A stretch of 64,000 nt of DNA from Rhina ancylostomus (GCA_030265395.1 JARFYF010000059.1:16371206-16435205), one strand, 5' to 3'. Positions 24,462 through 38,169 are shown, counted from the stretch's first letter. Notes: generated from the sequence alone by a model not told the origin. A program made the numbers and translations.

Positions 24462-25913
24462 GTAAGAGTTCAAACCAAGTGTCATTGTCATTTTACTCCA
24501 GGGAACAAGGGATGGGTGGGAGCTGGTGGCTCTTGGATGCATTAAAGGAATGCTTGGAGCTCTGTAATATCTGTTAGAAAAATGCTTCATTGCCTTCCCT
24601 ACCACTTGAATGCTACCTGTATTGTTTACTAACAAGGTAACTTCACCAGCCACCCTTCCCCCTCCCAAAAATCCTATGCACATGTTCTGGTGCAGAGAGT
24701 ACAACATTTTCTGCACTGGAGGAGCAGTTACCCAAAACTAATTTGACTGATAATGCACAGCAGGTGGAACAGAACAAATCCTAGTGATAGAATCCAAAGT
24801 ATGCTGATTTATCAGTGCAATGTCCCTTTGATGCCAAAGCAAATAACATGCCAAACATCTTAATCCAATGAGTGACGATAGGGCAGGAGATACAGTACCC
24901 AAGGATTATGACTTCATCCAAGTAAAACAGGCATGCATTAGAATAAGACTTGGATATTATTGACACAAATGAGCAGAGCTATCTGAACCAATAGGTTTGG
25001 GGGGGTGGGGGTGGAAAGCACAAACTCTGGGAGCATAGATGCTATTGGGAAAAGTTGGGGACAGTTCACAAGCTGACTATATGGATGGTTAGAGGAGGAG
25101 ATGTCTTCCCACCAAGTTTAGGGTCATTCACATTGCGAACATATAAACTGAAAGTGCGGGAGATACCGAGCAGGTCAGGAAGCATCTGCAGGGAGTGAAA
25201 TAGAATTAACTGACCTGCAGCTTATCTCCATTACTTTCTATTATTTCCCCCCACAAAATACATCTCATCCTTGCCTAGTGATCTCCCTACAGGGGTCACA
25301 GGATGGTGTTTGTGACCCCTTGCTGTTGCTTCCCCTCAGAACTTGCATATTTGCTGAATAAACAAGGGAACAGACAGTGTCTTGCAGTGAAGCCAGTATG
25401 GCATTGGAGCTACACTCTGACAATAAAAAATAAAGTTAAGAAGAGAAAGATACAAGAAATGTGAAATAAAACCAAGATTCTGGAAACCATTCTGCCTGTC
25501 CTTTAGTATCCTTGAGATAAATCCAGATTAATGTTTTGAGTGAAACTCTACAACAATTCTTGTTTCTAATAAAATATCACTGTAGTAAATCTAAACAGAT
25601 TAAGAATAGGATCCATGAATATATAATTTAATTTTTCCCCCCCAAATTTTGAGGTTGCATTTGGCAAACATTGGTTTTGTTCTCTGCCTCAAGTTCTTAA
25701 AGGCATTTATTTCTAGGGTGAAGTATTCAAGGAAGAGTGAATTTAATGAATTCTTCTAAGTGTCAAGGTTTAATTTTTGTATAATTGTGCTTTATGTTGC
25801 TGGTTTAGTTATTTACCTGCTACTCAACCTCATAAAATTGTTGTTTTCAAAGCTTATGTTTGTATTTTTCTTTCTCTCTTGCTCTCTCTCTCCCCTTGTT
25901 CCCACCATCCCAG

Positions 25914-25990
25914 ACCTGGACAGCTCCACTGACAGCAGGTTTACATGTGATAGTGTTGAATCCAGTGCTTACTGCGGTCGCTCCTACTGA
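25914..25990 (+). CDS. AGTRAP: Candidate alternative terminal exon of AGTRAP
   Basis: About 45-nt pyrimidine tract plus CAG; phase-1 compatible; DLDSSTDSRFTCDSVESSAYCGRSY*. Confidence 0.5.
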
Positions 25991-27590
25991 GTCACCTATC
26001 CCTGCCTCTCCTGCAGCGTGTGTACAATCTTCCTCCCCTTGTTGCAGTCCTCAGTCCTCCTGCTTTGATTGGTGATCTTGCAATAATCATTTGATCCTTC
26101 CCAGGCTGCTGAAATGTTGCTGCTACTTTCATGTTGCTAACTTGTATGTCACAATGATCCTGAATATTACATTTCTTTTATTTTTGTGTAATTTTTGATG
26201 TCTTTGTTAAAATTCATATTGAATGGGATTTTATCAAAATTGAAAAGTTGACAGAAGTTTCATGGTTTGCTTTACTGTATATACACAGTTTTCCTGAAAT
26301 CCTGCTGGCCACATTGACTAGAAATTTAAAGATTCTGTCCTGCCTTTTACTAATTAACACTTCTGTAAGCTGCGTAGTAGAAGATAAACCCAATGATAGA
26401 AAAACTGAAGACATGGTAAATAATTTATGATTTTCATTACAGTATTTACTGGCTTAAATAGCTCTTTAAGCTAGTGTGGATGGGTTGGTGCTAATGGATT
26501 AATGGCTTACTTCTGTGCTGGAAATTATGATTCCAAAAATACTGACGACTAAAGTAAACCACAAAGGAATAGGCAAAAAAAGTAGTCAAAAGAATTGTCA
26601 TTATGTTTGGGAGGAACCTTTTGGTAAAAATATATTTTGAACGAGGTTATTTCCCAACTGCTTTCTGTCTTCTTAAACCCTTCTTTCCTTGCCCCTGCAT
26701 CCTTACTTCAAACAAATAGTGTGATGAGCCAACAGTCATGCCACTGAAATTAGATTCAAGCATGTTTTCCTTTGTTGCATTCCTCTATATCCCTCATCCA
26801 CATTGTCTTCTCTCTTCTTTTTCCCCCTCTGAGCTCACCTTATCCATGATATTTACCCTCTGGTCCCTCAACCACATCCCAGTAAACAGCCCACCATTCC
26901 AATATGGTTTTCCTTACCCTTTGCTTTAGCTGCTCCAGGTAAGGGGGGGAGGGGGGTGGTGGCACAAGAGGAAAACAATTTCCAATCGTTCTCCTTCAAA
27001 ACGACCACCTGATCTTTGGTCTATTCCTTTCAAATTTTTGAACACATTGTAGCTCCTAAACCTTAGCTCACGCAATTTATTGTTTCAATCTCTGCAATAA
27101 TGTGACAATAACTTTTGCCTCCAACTGAGGCACTCATTTGCGGTCATTGTTTCAGGCTGAGCCAGTCAATTTGTAACCTGTATTGACTGCTTCCAGCATT
27201 CTGCTTTTTTGTTTTGGATATCCAACATCTGCAGTTTTTGCTGCAATTAGTAAGCTTAGTTTTATTTGACTTTGAATTGAACTTCTTGTCCATCGTAAAG
27301 ATCCTAATGCTCTGCTGACCAGCTCCCCATCTTCCACCCTCCATAAATGACAACTCATCCACAACCTTGGTGCTTATACCACAACCATAAAATCCCACTC
27401 ATTCATTACCCTCTTGGTGACTAACTTTGTTTTTCATTCTCATGTTTAAATCCCATTGAGTTTAATGACAAGGAAGTCTGCCACAACCCCCCAGAGCTCC
27501 TGGTCACGCCAGCCCAGAAGTGAACCCTGGTTGGCAACGGCTTCGTACAAAGGATTCTTGTCCGCTGGGTTCATGGTGGCCAGAGTATTC

Positions 27591-27844
27591 TGTCACAATG
27601 TTGATCGAGAGCAAACTCACAGAGAACCCAAATGCNNNNNNNNNNNNNNNNNNNNNNNNNNNNNNNNNNNNNNNNNNNNNNNNNNNNNNNNNNNNNNNNN
27701 NNNNNNNNNNNNNNNNNNNNNNNNNNNNNNNNNNNNNNNNNNNNNNNNNNNNNNNNNNNNNNNNNNNAAGTATCCTGACTCCAGTCTTGTATCAGTGTGC
27801 TGCATTTGGGTTCTCTTAGTTTGCTCTGGATCAACATTGTGACA
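27591..27844. repeat. About 45-bp inverted repeats (TGT...ACA) flanking a gap; MITE-like
   Basis: TGTCACAATGTTGATCGAGAGCAAACT..AGAGAACCCAAATGC versus GCATTTGGGTTCTCTTAGTTTGCTCTGGATCAACATTGTGACA. Confidence 0.7.
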
Positions 27845-28800
27845 AATGAATCTTTGGAATTCTTTACCCAAGAGTTCTATAGTGGCTCAGATACAAGACA
27901 AAAATTGATAGACATTTGGAATAGTAAGGGAATCAAGGGATGTGGATTAATGGGAAAAAGTTGTGCTGAAGTAAAAGATCAGACATGATTTCACTGAATG
28001 GAGGAGCAGGCATGAAGGGCCACTGGCCTATTCCTGCTTTTGTTTATGTTCTGATGAATTTTTAACTCTGGGCTACTGTGGATATCTCTCCTTTAACCAC
28101 ATTGCTGGCACTGCCTTCCACTCTTTAGCACTAGAGTCTGGAATTTGGTTCCTAATGCTCTCTGCCTTCCCACGTTTCTTAACCTTACTCACTCTTCATG
28201 ATAATTGTGTTGACTTGGTACAGTCAATGTGTGGTTAGATTTCTGTGAAGTGCCTTGGGGTGGTTTATGGTTAGTTACTAATTTGATAAAGGTGCTTGAA
28301 ATTATTAACAAAAAAGACAGATTAAAATATAGTTTCCAGTGACTGAGAGGCCATAGATAACAGATTTTGGATAAAACAATGAGGAAAATATTTTAGTTGT
28401 AAGACTTTGGAATGTACTACTTGATTCTGCGATTGAATCAAAGAAGTGTTAACACTTCAGAATATTTATATAGTTTTTAAAAAGTAAAACATTTAAAGAG
28501 ATCTGGAAGCAGGAATAAACCAGAGTAAAAAAAACCTGTTTCCTTACCCAAGTTCATTTTTAATTTATTACAAATGACGTTACTGTCCACCCTTTAGTTT
28601 GAAAGGTTGGACAGATGAGGAGTTCTCAGCTCTACTAACTCTTCAACCAATGTAACTTTGTGAACTCATAGCTGATAACAGTTTGTGTGGAGGTGCTCCT
28701 GGGTAGTTGGTTTCTTCAGTTATTTCTGGTAGTTTTCTGCTGGGGGTGGGGGGTGGGGGGAACATGTGAAAATGACTTTTCTCTGAATTGTTCCATGCAG

Positions 28801-28892
28801 GTTTTCCAGATTTAACTGGTAGTCGAGATCGAACTTCGTACCAGACCATTGGTGAGCAGGAACCTCACCGCCAGCCTTCTGCTTCCTCATAG
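28801..28892 (+). CDS. AGTRAP: AGTRAP terminal exon
   Basis: GFPDLTGSRDRTSYQTIGEQEPHRQPSASS*, compare human GFLGSSQDRSAYQTID. Confidence 0.9.
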
Positions 28893-29589
28893 AGAAAGAT
28901 TCCTGTCCTGTCCTATTAATCTAGTTATGATATTGCTACCATAAAAAAGCTTGTATAAATGTCTTGTGCCTTAGATTCAGTAACCATCCTGCTTTTGAAC
29001 ACTGCGTGCAGGCTTTGGTCCTGCTTAGATCTTTCAGGTGGTAAGGTTGCTAATGATGACCATTTAGGAAAAATAAATACTACCTGTGACACAAAACTAT
29101 CTGGAGTAGAAGGCTGCAGATTTGAAAATCTTAAGGAAAATTCTGGTCCTGGTGAACTCAAATGTGGTTATTAGGTGACAATTGAATAACTATTATTTTT
29201 AGGGGATTACAGACTTGATTAAATGAATGCTGTTGTAAGCCTCACAGATGTTTAAAGCCAGTGCTTGGTGTAGTAATACTTAGCATTAATGACCAAAGGG
29301 TTGAAGTTAATTTGCTTTGTTCCATTATGAAAAGGTTTTGGGATGGCAGACATGACTGCTGTAGACTACGTCCTTTTTCCAAGCAGAGATATTTCACAAA
29401 TATGTCCTTCTATTGCAGATAGTGATTCTGAAAGTTATAGATCCCAGTTGGAAAATATTGGGAGGACTTATGGCCTATGAAAAATGAGGTTCAGGAGGGG
29501 AGCAGCTTTGGCTGCTTAATATTGTAGTAGCTTGGTTAACAAGTGTAAATGTGACCAACTGCACCCGCCCATATCAAAGATTCACAGGT

Positions 29590-29682
29590 ACAAAAACAGA
29601 AAATGCTGGAAAAACTCAAGGTCAGGCAGCATCTGTGGAAAGAAAAACAATCAACGTTTTGGATCTGTGACCCTTTGTCAGA
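29590..29682 (-). mobile_element. pLTR fragment with a decayed hammerhead core
   Basis: Minus strand CTGACAA-AGGGTCACAGATCC-AAAACGTTGA...CAGATGCTGCCTGACC. Confidence 0.55.
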
Positions 29683-30740
29683 ATTCAGCTGACAGGGATC
29701 TCTCCACTAGCAGTTTACTGAACTAGTGTTGTGAATCAGCTTCTGAAACACATGGTTGTTTAAAAATTGCACTACTATTGAGCAATTTAACTCCTGTAAT
29801 TTTGTCTTGCGAAATATGGTACATTCTCTCCCAGGGTTTGGCAGAGTGTTACACTGTTCAGAATCTGACTACTGGTAATAATACTGTGGTCCCAGGTTTA
29901 GCCAGAGAAGGCTTGTGGGGTTTTGGGGGGGGGGGGGGGGGANNNNNNNNNNNNNNNNNNNNNNNNNNNNNNNNNNNNNNNNNNNNNNNNNNNNNNNNNN
30001 NNNNNNNNNNNNNNNNNNNNNNNNNNNNNNNNNNNNNNNNNNAAGAGGTTTGACGATCATATGAACATGATAACCAGGTGACTTTCCTCTCTAAGGAGGT
30101 GATTTGCCATTTGGCAATTGAAGGTGAAAATTTGGTTTGACTGGCTTGTTTCCATGTTGTAACATTGAGAGAGCAAACAAATCTCTCATTTGCTAAAGAT
30201 TTGGAGTTGGAGATAAGACTGCAGTAAAGAAATGATGCGCAAGGCCTCTGAGGCCTCCCCTGTCCAAGAGAAGATGGAATTTGGATTGTGTTTATAGTTT
30301 AAAAGTCATCTTTATCATAAAGATGGAGTGTAAAATGAGACCTTTAATTTCATGTACTTTAAAAAGCTTGAGGCCTTTAAGATAAGATTTTGTACAACTG
30401 CGAATTGAAAGTAGGAGCAGGAAGTAGCTGTGACTAGGACCAGTGCAAGCAATTATCAAGAAGCTGCTGCATTACTTGTTGGAAATGACAGAAGGTAAAC
30501 ACTTTGTTCATTTTCCACTATGGTCATTCTGCCTGTCCCACTTTTAACTGGTTGCTACTATCAACATGTAATCGTATCGCTATGGGAACAAGAACCAGGT
30601 ATCAGTCTTGGCTTTGGTGTTTCTGGGTAAACATTTAAATCCTAATGTGTAATTCAGCTCTGTTCTGTGCCATTTATTCTGAATCAGGTACCTTGATTTT
30701 GTTAGCGTACTTAATATAATTGTGAAATATCATTATTGCC

Positions 30741-30756
30741 AATAAATTTTATTAAA
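30741..30756 (+). terminator. Candidate AGTRAP poly(A) signals (AATAAA followed by ATTAAA)
   Basis: Two adjacent hexamers followed by GT-containing sequence, about 1.85 kb after the stop codon. Confidence 0.5.
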
Positions 30757-33339
30757 ATTATCAGACTACAGTGAATGTGTCTCTGAATGAAGGTTTTTAA
30801 ATACAGGTGCATTGTTCAGTTTAAAGATATGTTGTAATCAACATGGATTGGAGGCATTGAGTTTTTTCCTCCAACAGTAATAGTAGCTGAAATTTAGGAA
30901 ACTTGAGCTGTAACAAGGAGTGTTTGCAGATCATGACTTTAGAATACATGTAGCACTGATGAACTTGGTATCAACATTCATGTATGTGAGTGTCCTTGAC
31001 ATCAAGGCAGCATTGATGAAGACCTGCACATCCAATGGTAAAAGTGAAGCTGCTGGTAATCAAAGAGAGAAAAAAATGCCAATGTTTGGAATCATACCTT
31101 GCACAAAGGATGTTTGTGATTATTAGAGATTATTTATCTCAGCCCCAGGATAGTGCCCTAGGCCTGACCACCTTCAGCTGCTTAATCAATAACCAGTCTT
31201 CCACCATTAGGCCAGAAGTGGGGATACACAGTCATAACTGCACAATGTTCTTTTCCATTCACAATCCTTCAGTAAATGAAACAGTCCAACAGGAGACTGT
31301 CTCTATTTAAAAAAAATTAAGAGATGGAGGAATTATTTTTAAGGATAATGCTCTGAGGACAAGTCTTTAAATATTTTTAAGGTTGTGGTAGATGGATTAT
31401 TGATAAGCAAGAATGTGAAAGGTTACTGTGGATAGGTTTGTGGTTTTGATCAGATCAGCCATGATCTTATTAAATGACAGGGCAAGCTTGAGGGGCCAAA
31501 TGCCTGACTCCTGCTCCTAATTTGTAATCACATCTAACCACCTATCCTTGACATTCAAATGACATCACTATTACAGAGTGCCTCAACAACGGCATCCTGG
31601 ACATCATCATTGATGAGAAACCCAACTGAAACAATTACATATATACCAAGGCTAAGAGAGAAGGACATGCTAAATATCTTGCTGCAAGTGATGCCCCTTA
31701 AACCTTTCCATGCTCAGCAAGGTGCAGTTGGAAATGTGATGGACTATCCCCATTTGGCTGGATGAGTGTAGCTCCAAAACACTTGAGCAGCTCAATGTCA
31801 TCCAAGACAAAACTTAATTGGCACCCCATCGAGTACCCTAAACACCCATTTGGATGTGGAAGATATAATTATCTGGAACGTTCAAGCAGAAGAAGGAGGG
31901 AACCACTTTGCCCCGAACCATATTCTAGAATTATTGCTTCACAACTCTTCAACCTGTGCTATATGCCACTGAAGAAATGGATGAAGTTCAATGAACAGGA
32001 TAGTGGGGCCAAGCAGCCAAACTTTTCCAATTGGAGATTTAGGGACTCTGGGGATTCTTACTTTGAAATCCTTATACAGATTAGTAATAGCTACAGAATC
32101 TATTGCATCTATTTCTAACCTATGACTTTTATTGACTCGCTGTATTGCTTTGTAAAGGGCTACATTTTCCCTCACCTACCACTCTTTCTATTAAGTCTGT
32201 ACATGAAAGCTTTTCAGATATTTTCACTCTCCCAATGTATTTCCTTGCACCAAGGTTAAAGGCAGCAGATATGTGGAAACCGCTGGGCCTATGACAAATC
32301 TGAGACATCCAATGTAAACTATTTCCTTTCCACCTTTTAATAGCTATCTCTTGTTACTGTTAACAAGAATAAATTGTATTTATATAATTTAATATAGTAT
32401 CATACACAGAGGAATTCAAAGAAACGTTGGCATTGACCCACAAGAGGTACATAGGACAGATGAACAAAAGCTTGGTCAAAGAGTTAAGTGGTAATAAACT
32501 TTTTAAACTTTAAGGGGATTATTAAATAGGGAATTCCAGAGATTTGATGGTTGGCATCAGATGGTTAGCAGCCATCAGTAAGAATAGAAATTAAAACTCG
32601 AGTTGCTTATGAGAGAAATTTTATGAAAAAAATGGAGACATGGCAGATCTACATTGTTCCAAGTTAAGCAAACACAGGGATAATGGATGAACTAAGTTAT
32701 ACCAGAATTACGGATGGCTTTAAGTGTACAGAGAGATTCCAAGTCTACAGACAAGATTTTTAGTAGTAGATCAGCTCTGATGGGTGAACTGGTTGACGTC
32801 ATGGAAATGGCTCGAATTGCATGGATATGTGGTCTGGAGCTCATCTCGCCACCAAAAATATCACCAATTTTGCGCCTGATCATTTTCAGCCCACTGAGAA
32901 TTGTGAGAGAGGGAGATGACTCACACGCTAGAGAAGTGAAAGTTGTTTATTTTGGATACGGTAAACCAATCTAATCCCAATAATTTATTTAAAACATTCG
33001 TATCTTGAGCTAACTTTTTTTTTAGTTTGTATCAGAATCAGATCTGCAGTCATAACACGCCAAATATTGTTGGGGGCAAAGGCTGCAGAAGCATAATATG
33101 GACAGTTTAATTACTTGTTTGATGCATCGATTCCCTCCCTGATCATTCCCAGTATAGCTTGAGTTCGCTAAGGTGACACTGAGTGAGTTTATCTGCTCCC
33201 TCCGTGAGAGCATTTCTCCACCAGAACTTGTGGCTCAATCAACTAACAGCTGTCTTATTGTCCTGGTACCTGGTTTTGCCCAGTCGTCACACCTTTCAGT
33301 CAACGAGCAGAAGGCACAATGTTAAAGTCATTGCTTTAC

Positions 33340-33595
33340 CTAATTCCACTCGTCTCCCAAAGTGGCCGGAATCATCGATCCTTCCTCTGAACAACGCACT
33401 TATCTTGCGCCGGGTCACTGACCGAAAGAACTTCCGACCGTCGCCCCCCGAGGGGCGGACTGGGTTGCCGCCTCTCGGCCCCTGAAGGGAACGGCTGGAA
33501 ACCCCGCCCGCTGCCGCTCGCGCGAGACCTGGCGAGGGTCATGCGGCCGATCCAACCGGTGGCCAAAGGAGGAGGTGGGAAAGGGCGGGGAGTGG
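33340..33595 (+). promoter_or_regulatory. CpG island and promoter of the C1orf167-like gene
   Basis: Dense CpG, GC boxes (GGGGCGG, CCCCGCCC, GGGCGGGG) and ACTTCCG. Confidence 0.75.
33541..33574 (+). CDS. C1orf167: Candidate first coding exon of the C1orf167-like gene
   Basis: MRPIQPVAKGG with donor GAG|GTGGGA (phase 1), in frame with the acceptor at 35887. An alternative start is the ATG at 36057. Confidence 0.4.
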
Positions 33596-35886
33596 ATGAT
33601 TTGGGAGGTGAATGGGATAGGATCATGGGTGAGGGTGGGTAGGGTATGACAGGCAGAGGGTGTAATGAGAGAGTAAAGGAATTGAGGGAGGAGGGGGGTA
33701 GTAGAGAAATAAACTGGTGTGTGTCTAGAAGCAAGTGATGAACAATGTCTTAATCTCAGTCCCCTTGAGCTGCATGGACAAATGATTGAGCAACTCTTTA
33801 TGTTAGGATAGGATCATAGAGGAACATGATATATGAACAGAAAATAGAGGGGATGGGGTGGAGATGAGTGGAAGGGTGAGTGGTTGAAAGAAGAGTGTTG
33901 TGCATTGTGTACTTCATGTGTGTAGCGCATCTCTTAAGATTTGTCTGACAGATGTCTAATCAGATTAGCAGATACACTATTCTTTAGTTACCAGCTCGTT
34001 AATAAGGCTAAGTACATTCCTGGAATAATGAGGGACAAGCCACAGATTTGCCTGTGCAGAAACAGTCTAGCACAAGCCTTTGTCACAATTCACTGAATGT
34101 CTGTGTGACCTGCTTAAGATTTAGGCGAAGACATTCATTAATTGGGAAAGGAATTGATGATCAACAGGACAATTTTTTTCTTTTGTTCTATCACAAAAAT
34201 TTCTAAGTGTTTCTTTCAAACAAATTGATCACCAGCCAACAGAAGGGAAGAAGCATCTGAACCACAATGTACTGTACGTAACCATTTCTCAATGCAATGT
34301 ATCTTAAATTAAGTGATGGACATTTTCCAGTTCTGTGTGGTGTAGCTTTGTTAAATTCTTTNNNNNNNNNNNNNNNNNNNNNNNNNNNNNNNNNNNNNNN
34401 NNNNNNNNNNNNNNNNNNNNNNNNNNNNNNNNNNNNNNNNNNNNNNNNNNNNNNNNNNNNNNNNNNNNNNNNNNNNNNNNNNNNNNNNNNNNNNNNNTCT
34501 TGTGGTGTAATGTAAAGCTAAGTTTCACAATATTTGTGTCTCTTGCACTGTTGAGGTACAATGCACAGTCTGAACTGGAGGAACCAGAACATAGTCCTGC
34601 ACACAGAACTTTTTTTATTCAACGTGGGTTGTTTTTATAGCAGAATGCAAACTATGTAAAGCTGTTTAGCTCAGAATATAAATTCTCTGGGTATTGGGAT
34701 CCCAGTGCTGATAACATTTCTCCATCGACTTTCTTTATTTTCCAGTACATTCAAACTCTATCAGAATCAGAGGAAATAACTAAATGAAAGCCACTGTTGC
34801 TGAGGAGTGAGAATTGGAGGGGTTGACATTTCTCTGAACTAGTGCTGGTGAAATTAATGCGTAATAATGTTTTACTACAAACTCTGCAAAAGGTTATGTG
34901 CAAATATGCTCTCAGAACAGGAGCTGCTACACTGTGCTTATACCAATATGTTTTAAGAATTTCTGACCATTTTGGGTCGTTATAGCAGGGGATAGGTCTG
35001 GAAGTTGGGCAGATGATGGAAAGTGTTAAGAAATTTACAAATTATTCCCATATGAAGGAGTCATGGAAGATTATTTGAAAGTATTGCTATTTCAGTGCCT
35101 GAATGGTTGAGTAAACTACCTGGTATTATACAGAGTCATACTGGCCAAATGGTTCCTAATCGGTGCTGTTATATAATTGATTGAAATGCCCTGAACTGAG
35201 AGAAAAATAAAAGTAGGGTCCTGCTTCTGATATTACAGCCCTTGCTGAAAGTTTGTTGTTTGGACATGAGTTGAAGACAAACCTTCCTGATTCTAATGTT
35301 TTTATTTGAGTCTCCTGAGGACATTCATGCTTGAGGTTCACCTCATGAAGAACATGCATTAGGTGAAATCCAGAGATTGAATATTGAAACTTGTGCTCCA
35401 GCAAGTTTAGCACCTTGAGTTTACAGTGGTAAGAGTTTACTGATGGTTCAATAAATTGTTCCCACTCCCTGTAGATTAAAGTTTAGAGCTTAAGGCATTA
35501 CTTTGTTTGAAGTGAGCAAATTATTCATGAACTACATCTGATTAAAGTTAAAAATGATTACTGAATCAATGCACTGCTAAGTAATGAAAAATTATTTCCC
35601 AGAAATTCACAAGTAATTTGAAGAGCAAGTGCTCGTCAGCGTCTTGGTGTGATTACTTCACTGTTTCTCTAAGTTTGAATAGACCCCCATTTCTAATCCA
35701 TTTGAGTGAAATCTATGTAAAACAAAACACACTAAGCATATTCCAGAGTTCCTTTATCCACCTCCTTGATATTTGGTGATTGCCCCTTGATTTTTAAGTT
35801 GCTTAAGATAAAGGGCTATGATATTCATCACTTGTTCTTTCTCTGCCTTGAGATTCAATACTTTCAAACCTTTCGGTGTTTTATAG

Positions 35887-37757
35887 ACTCAAGAAAAATT
35901 CAGGAGAATCTGAAGACGAAAGTTTGTACAGAGAATAATGGATTATCAACTGGATTATATTATGGTCCACCCCCAAGATCAGCTTGTACTGGCAAGTTCA
36001 GACAGAATACATTGCAACCCTGGTTTGACAGCAGCACAAGGCACAATGCAAAAAATATGGCCTGCAATAAATACATACACAACAAGCGATTGGTGCAAAC
36101 CAACTTGTCCTGTGCCTCGCAGAGCAATGGGCAGCCAGTGCTGCCTGTACTACCAGTGACAATTTCGTATCATGGACAGCAGTCCAATGTAGAACACTAT
36201 AGACAGAAATGTGACTTCAGTAACTCCATTAGAGACAGAGTCAATATAAACTCTACCTCCCTTGTGAAATCCAAATTTTTAGCAAGAGAGTGTGGATGGT
36301 ACCCACAGGATTCTGAGAGAAATATGAACATTAATTGGGATGAGAGATTTGCTGAGATTAAGAGAGAAACTAACAAGAAACAGAAAAAATACTTTCAAGG
36401 GGAAGAGAATTTACCTCCAAAGCAGTTAAGCAGTCAGGACATTGATTGTGCAAATTCCTTGCAAGTCTTTGAAAGTCAGTATGATTCACTGATTTTTGAT
36501 TCTCCAAATCATTCCCTTTCTCAGGGAAATTTTGCGAATAACAGTCAATCATTGAAAAATAGACAGTCCAACTCACTGCACTCCATTTTTATACCATCCC
36601 AAACATCTTCAAGTCTGCATCACACAATGCTCAGCCTAAGTGATAGTGACTATAAGGCAAGGCCTATTTCAAGCAAAGGTGCAGACATTAGTTTGACCCA
36701 CTATCCTTTAAACTATTTGAATGTGCCTCTTGGAAATGAAAGAGAGGAATGTTCATTGAATGTGTATCCAGATAAATGCAAAGCCCAAGAAACTTTAAAG
36801 ATACCAGACTGTGATTGTTCTCTTTTATATAATGATTGTTTCCTGACAGATAAATGTTTGCATCCTGGGTTGCATGTGCAAGCACAGCATTCAAGCACTA
36901 AAAGTTGGGTGTGCCCTCCTGGGTTAACTTGCGTTTGCCACAGACATGAGAGTGCTGACAGAAGTGTGATCAATTCTGAATCAAATGTTTCTATGGATGA
37001 CTGTTATAATACCTCTCATTGTATTACCTCTGGTAGAAAGACCCTGAAAATGACAGACACTCTCACCTTCCCTAACAAGGACATGAATGACTTGTATGAC
37101 CCTCACTGTGCTGTGGGTGGAACATCTGCAGGCATTTTGTGTTATCTTCCCACGAAGTCAATAGACCTGTCTGACTGTGTGACTGAAATGGAGACTAATC
37201 AGAGTATGCCAGAAGATGGAGAAAAATCAGGTACTGAAGCCATATTCTCAAATGTTGTGGAAAATAGGAAAGAGTTATCAGAAAAGTCACCAGATCAATT
37301 TTTGGACAGCAGCCTGAAACAGCAAGTTAAGCCCTGTTTTCCTGTTATCATTAGTAATACTTATGCCAGACAGCACAGAGATATAAATGATTTGTGGAAT
37401 CAGGAGTCTGCCCAGACCCCAGTTTATGGAGGGCTTTCCTTGACACCTTGGTGGAGCAATTCATCCCAGGACAATTTCTGCAGTAGTGCACAGAAGGAAA
37501 TATCCAACCTGGAGTCAACAGGAGTTGGAAACAGAGCAAAGGGAATTACTCCAATCTCAGATTATTCTAGAAATTCCACCCCTTCAAGAGGAGAGGAAAA
37601 TAGCAAAGGAGAAGAAGACTTCAATATGACAATGGAAGGTAATAGCCCTTCTTACAACTGGGAATGTGAACCAATCCTAAAAGAATCTTTAAAAAGCAAT
37701 GTTGCAACAAAGCAGATCCTGCAAACATTCACATTGATGGACAGCAAAATGCTACAG
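35887..37757 (+). CDS. C1orf167: C1orf167-like giant exon (1871 nt)
   Basis: Uninterrupted ORF; RLVQTNLS...QQSN resembles the N-terminal RVQTNLA...QQSN of C1orf167; donor CAG|GTAAGA; syntenic position after AGTRAP. Confidence 0.8.
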
Positions 37758-38169
37758 GTAAGATGATAATGAATATACAACAAAATTAAGAACCTTCCCT
37801 AATCAAATATCTCAACAGTGTCCATGTCCTGGAAGATCTTGAAGCCCTGAAGCTTCCACAATCTAATTAAGTCTGTCTTTTTACTTAATTACTGAAACTG
37901 AAATTATGAGGTGATGTGATTTGATGAGGGCACTGAACTTATTGATTAGAGTTTCCAAACTTGGGTTATGAAGATCTCTAATTGTTTCAAGTGGGAGGAT
38001 CTTTCTATTTATTGGTTATGTTGTTTGATAGATAATTTGCCAGAAAAATAATTATGGATGTAGAGCGACTTATAAAGTTTATTCCACTGCATCATAGAGA
38101 GGTGTGTGTGATTATTATATCAGACAGCAACTGTTGTGAAGATTGGAGGAGCACACTGAAAATCAGAGC

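Noticed and set aside
34746-34891. Possible exon between the CpG island and the giant exon
   Set aside because: It has a plausible acceptor and a weak donor, but its ATG frames either stop early or are out of phase with 35887. At most it is a 5' UTR exon.
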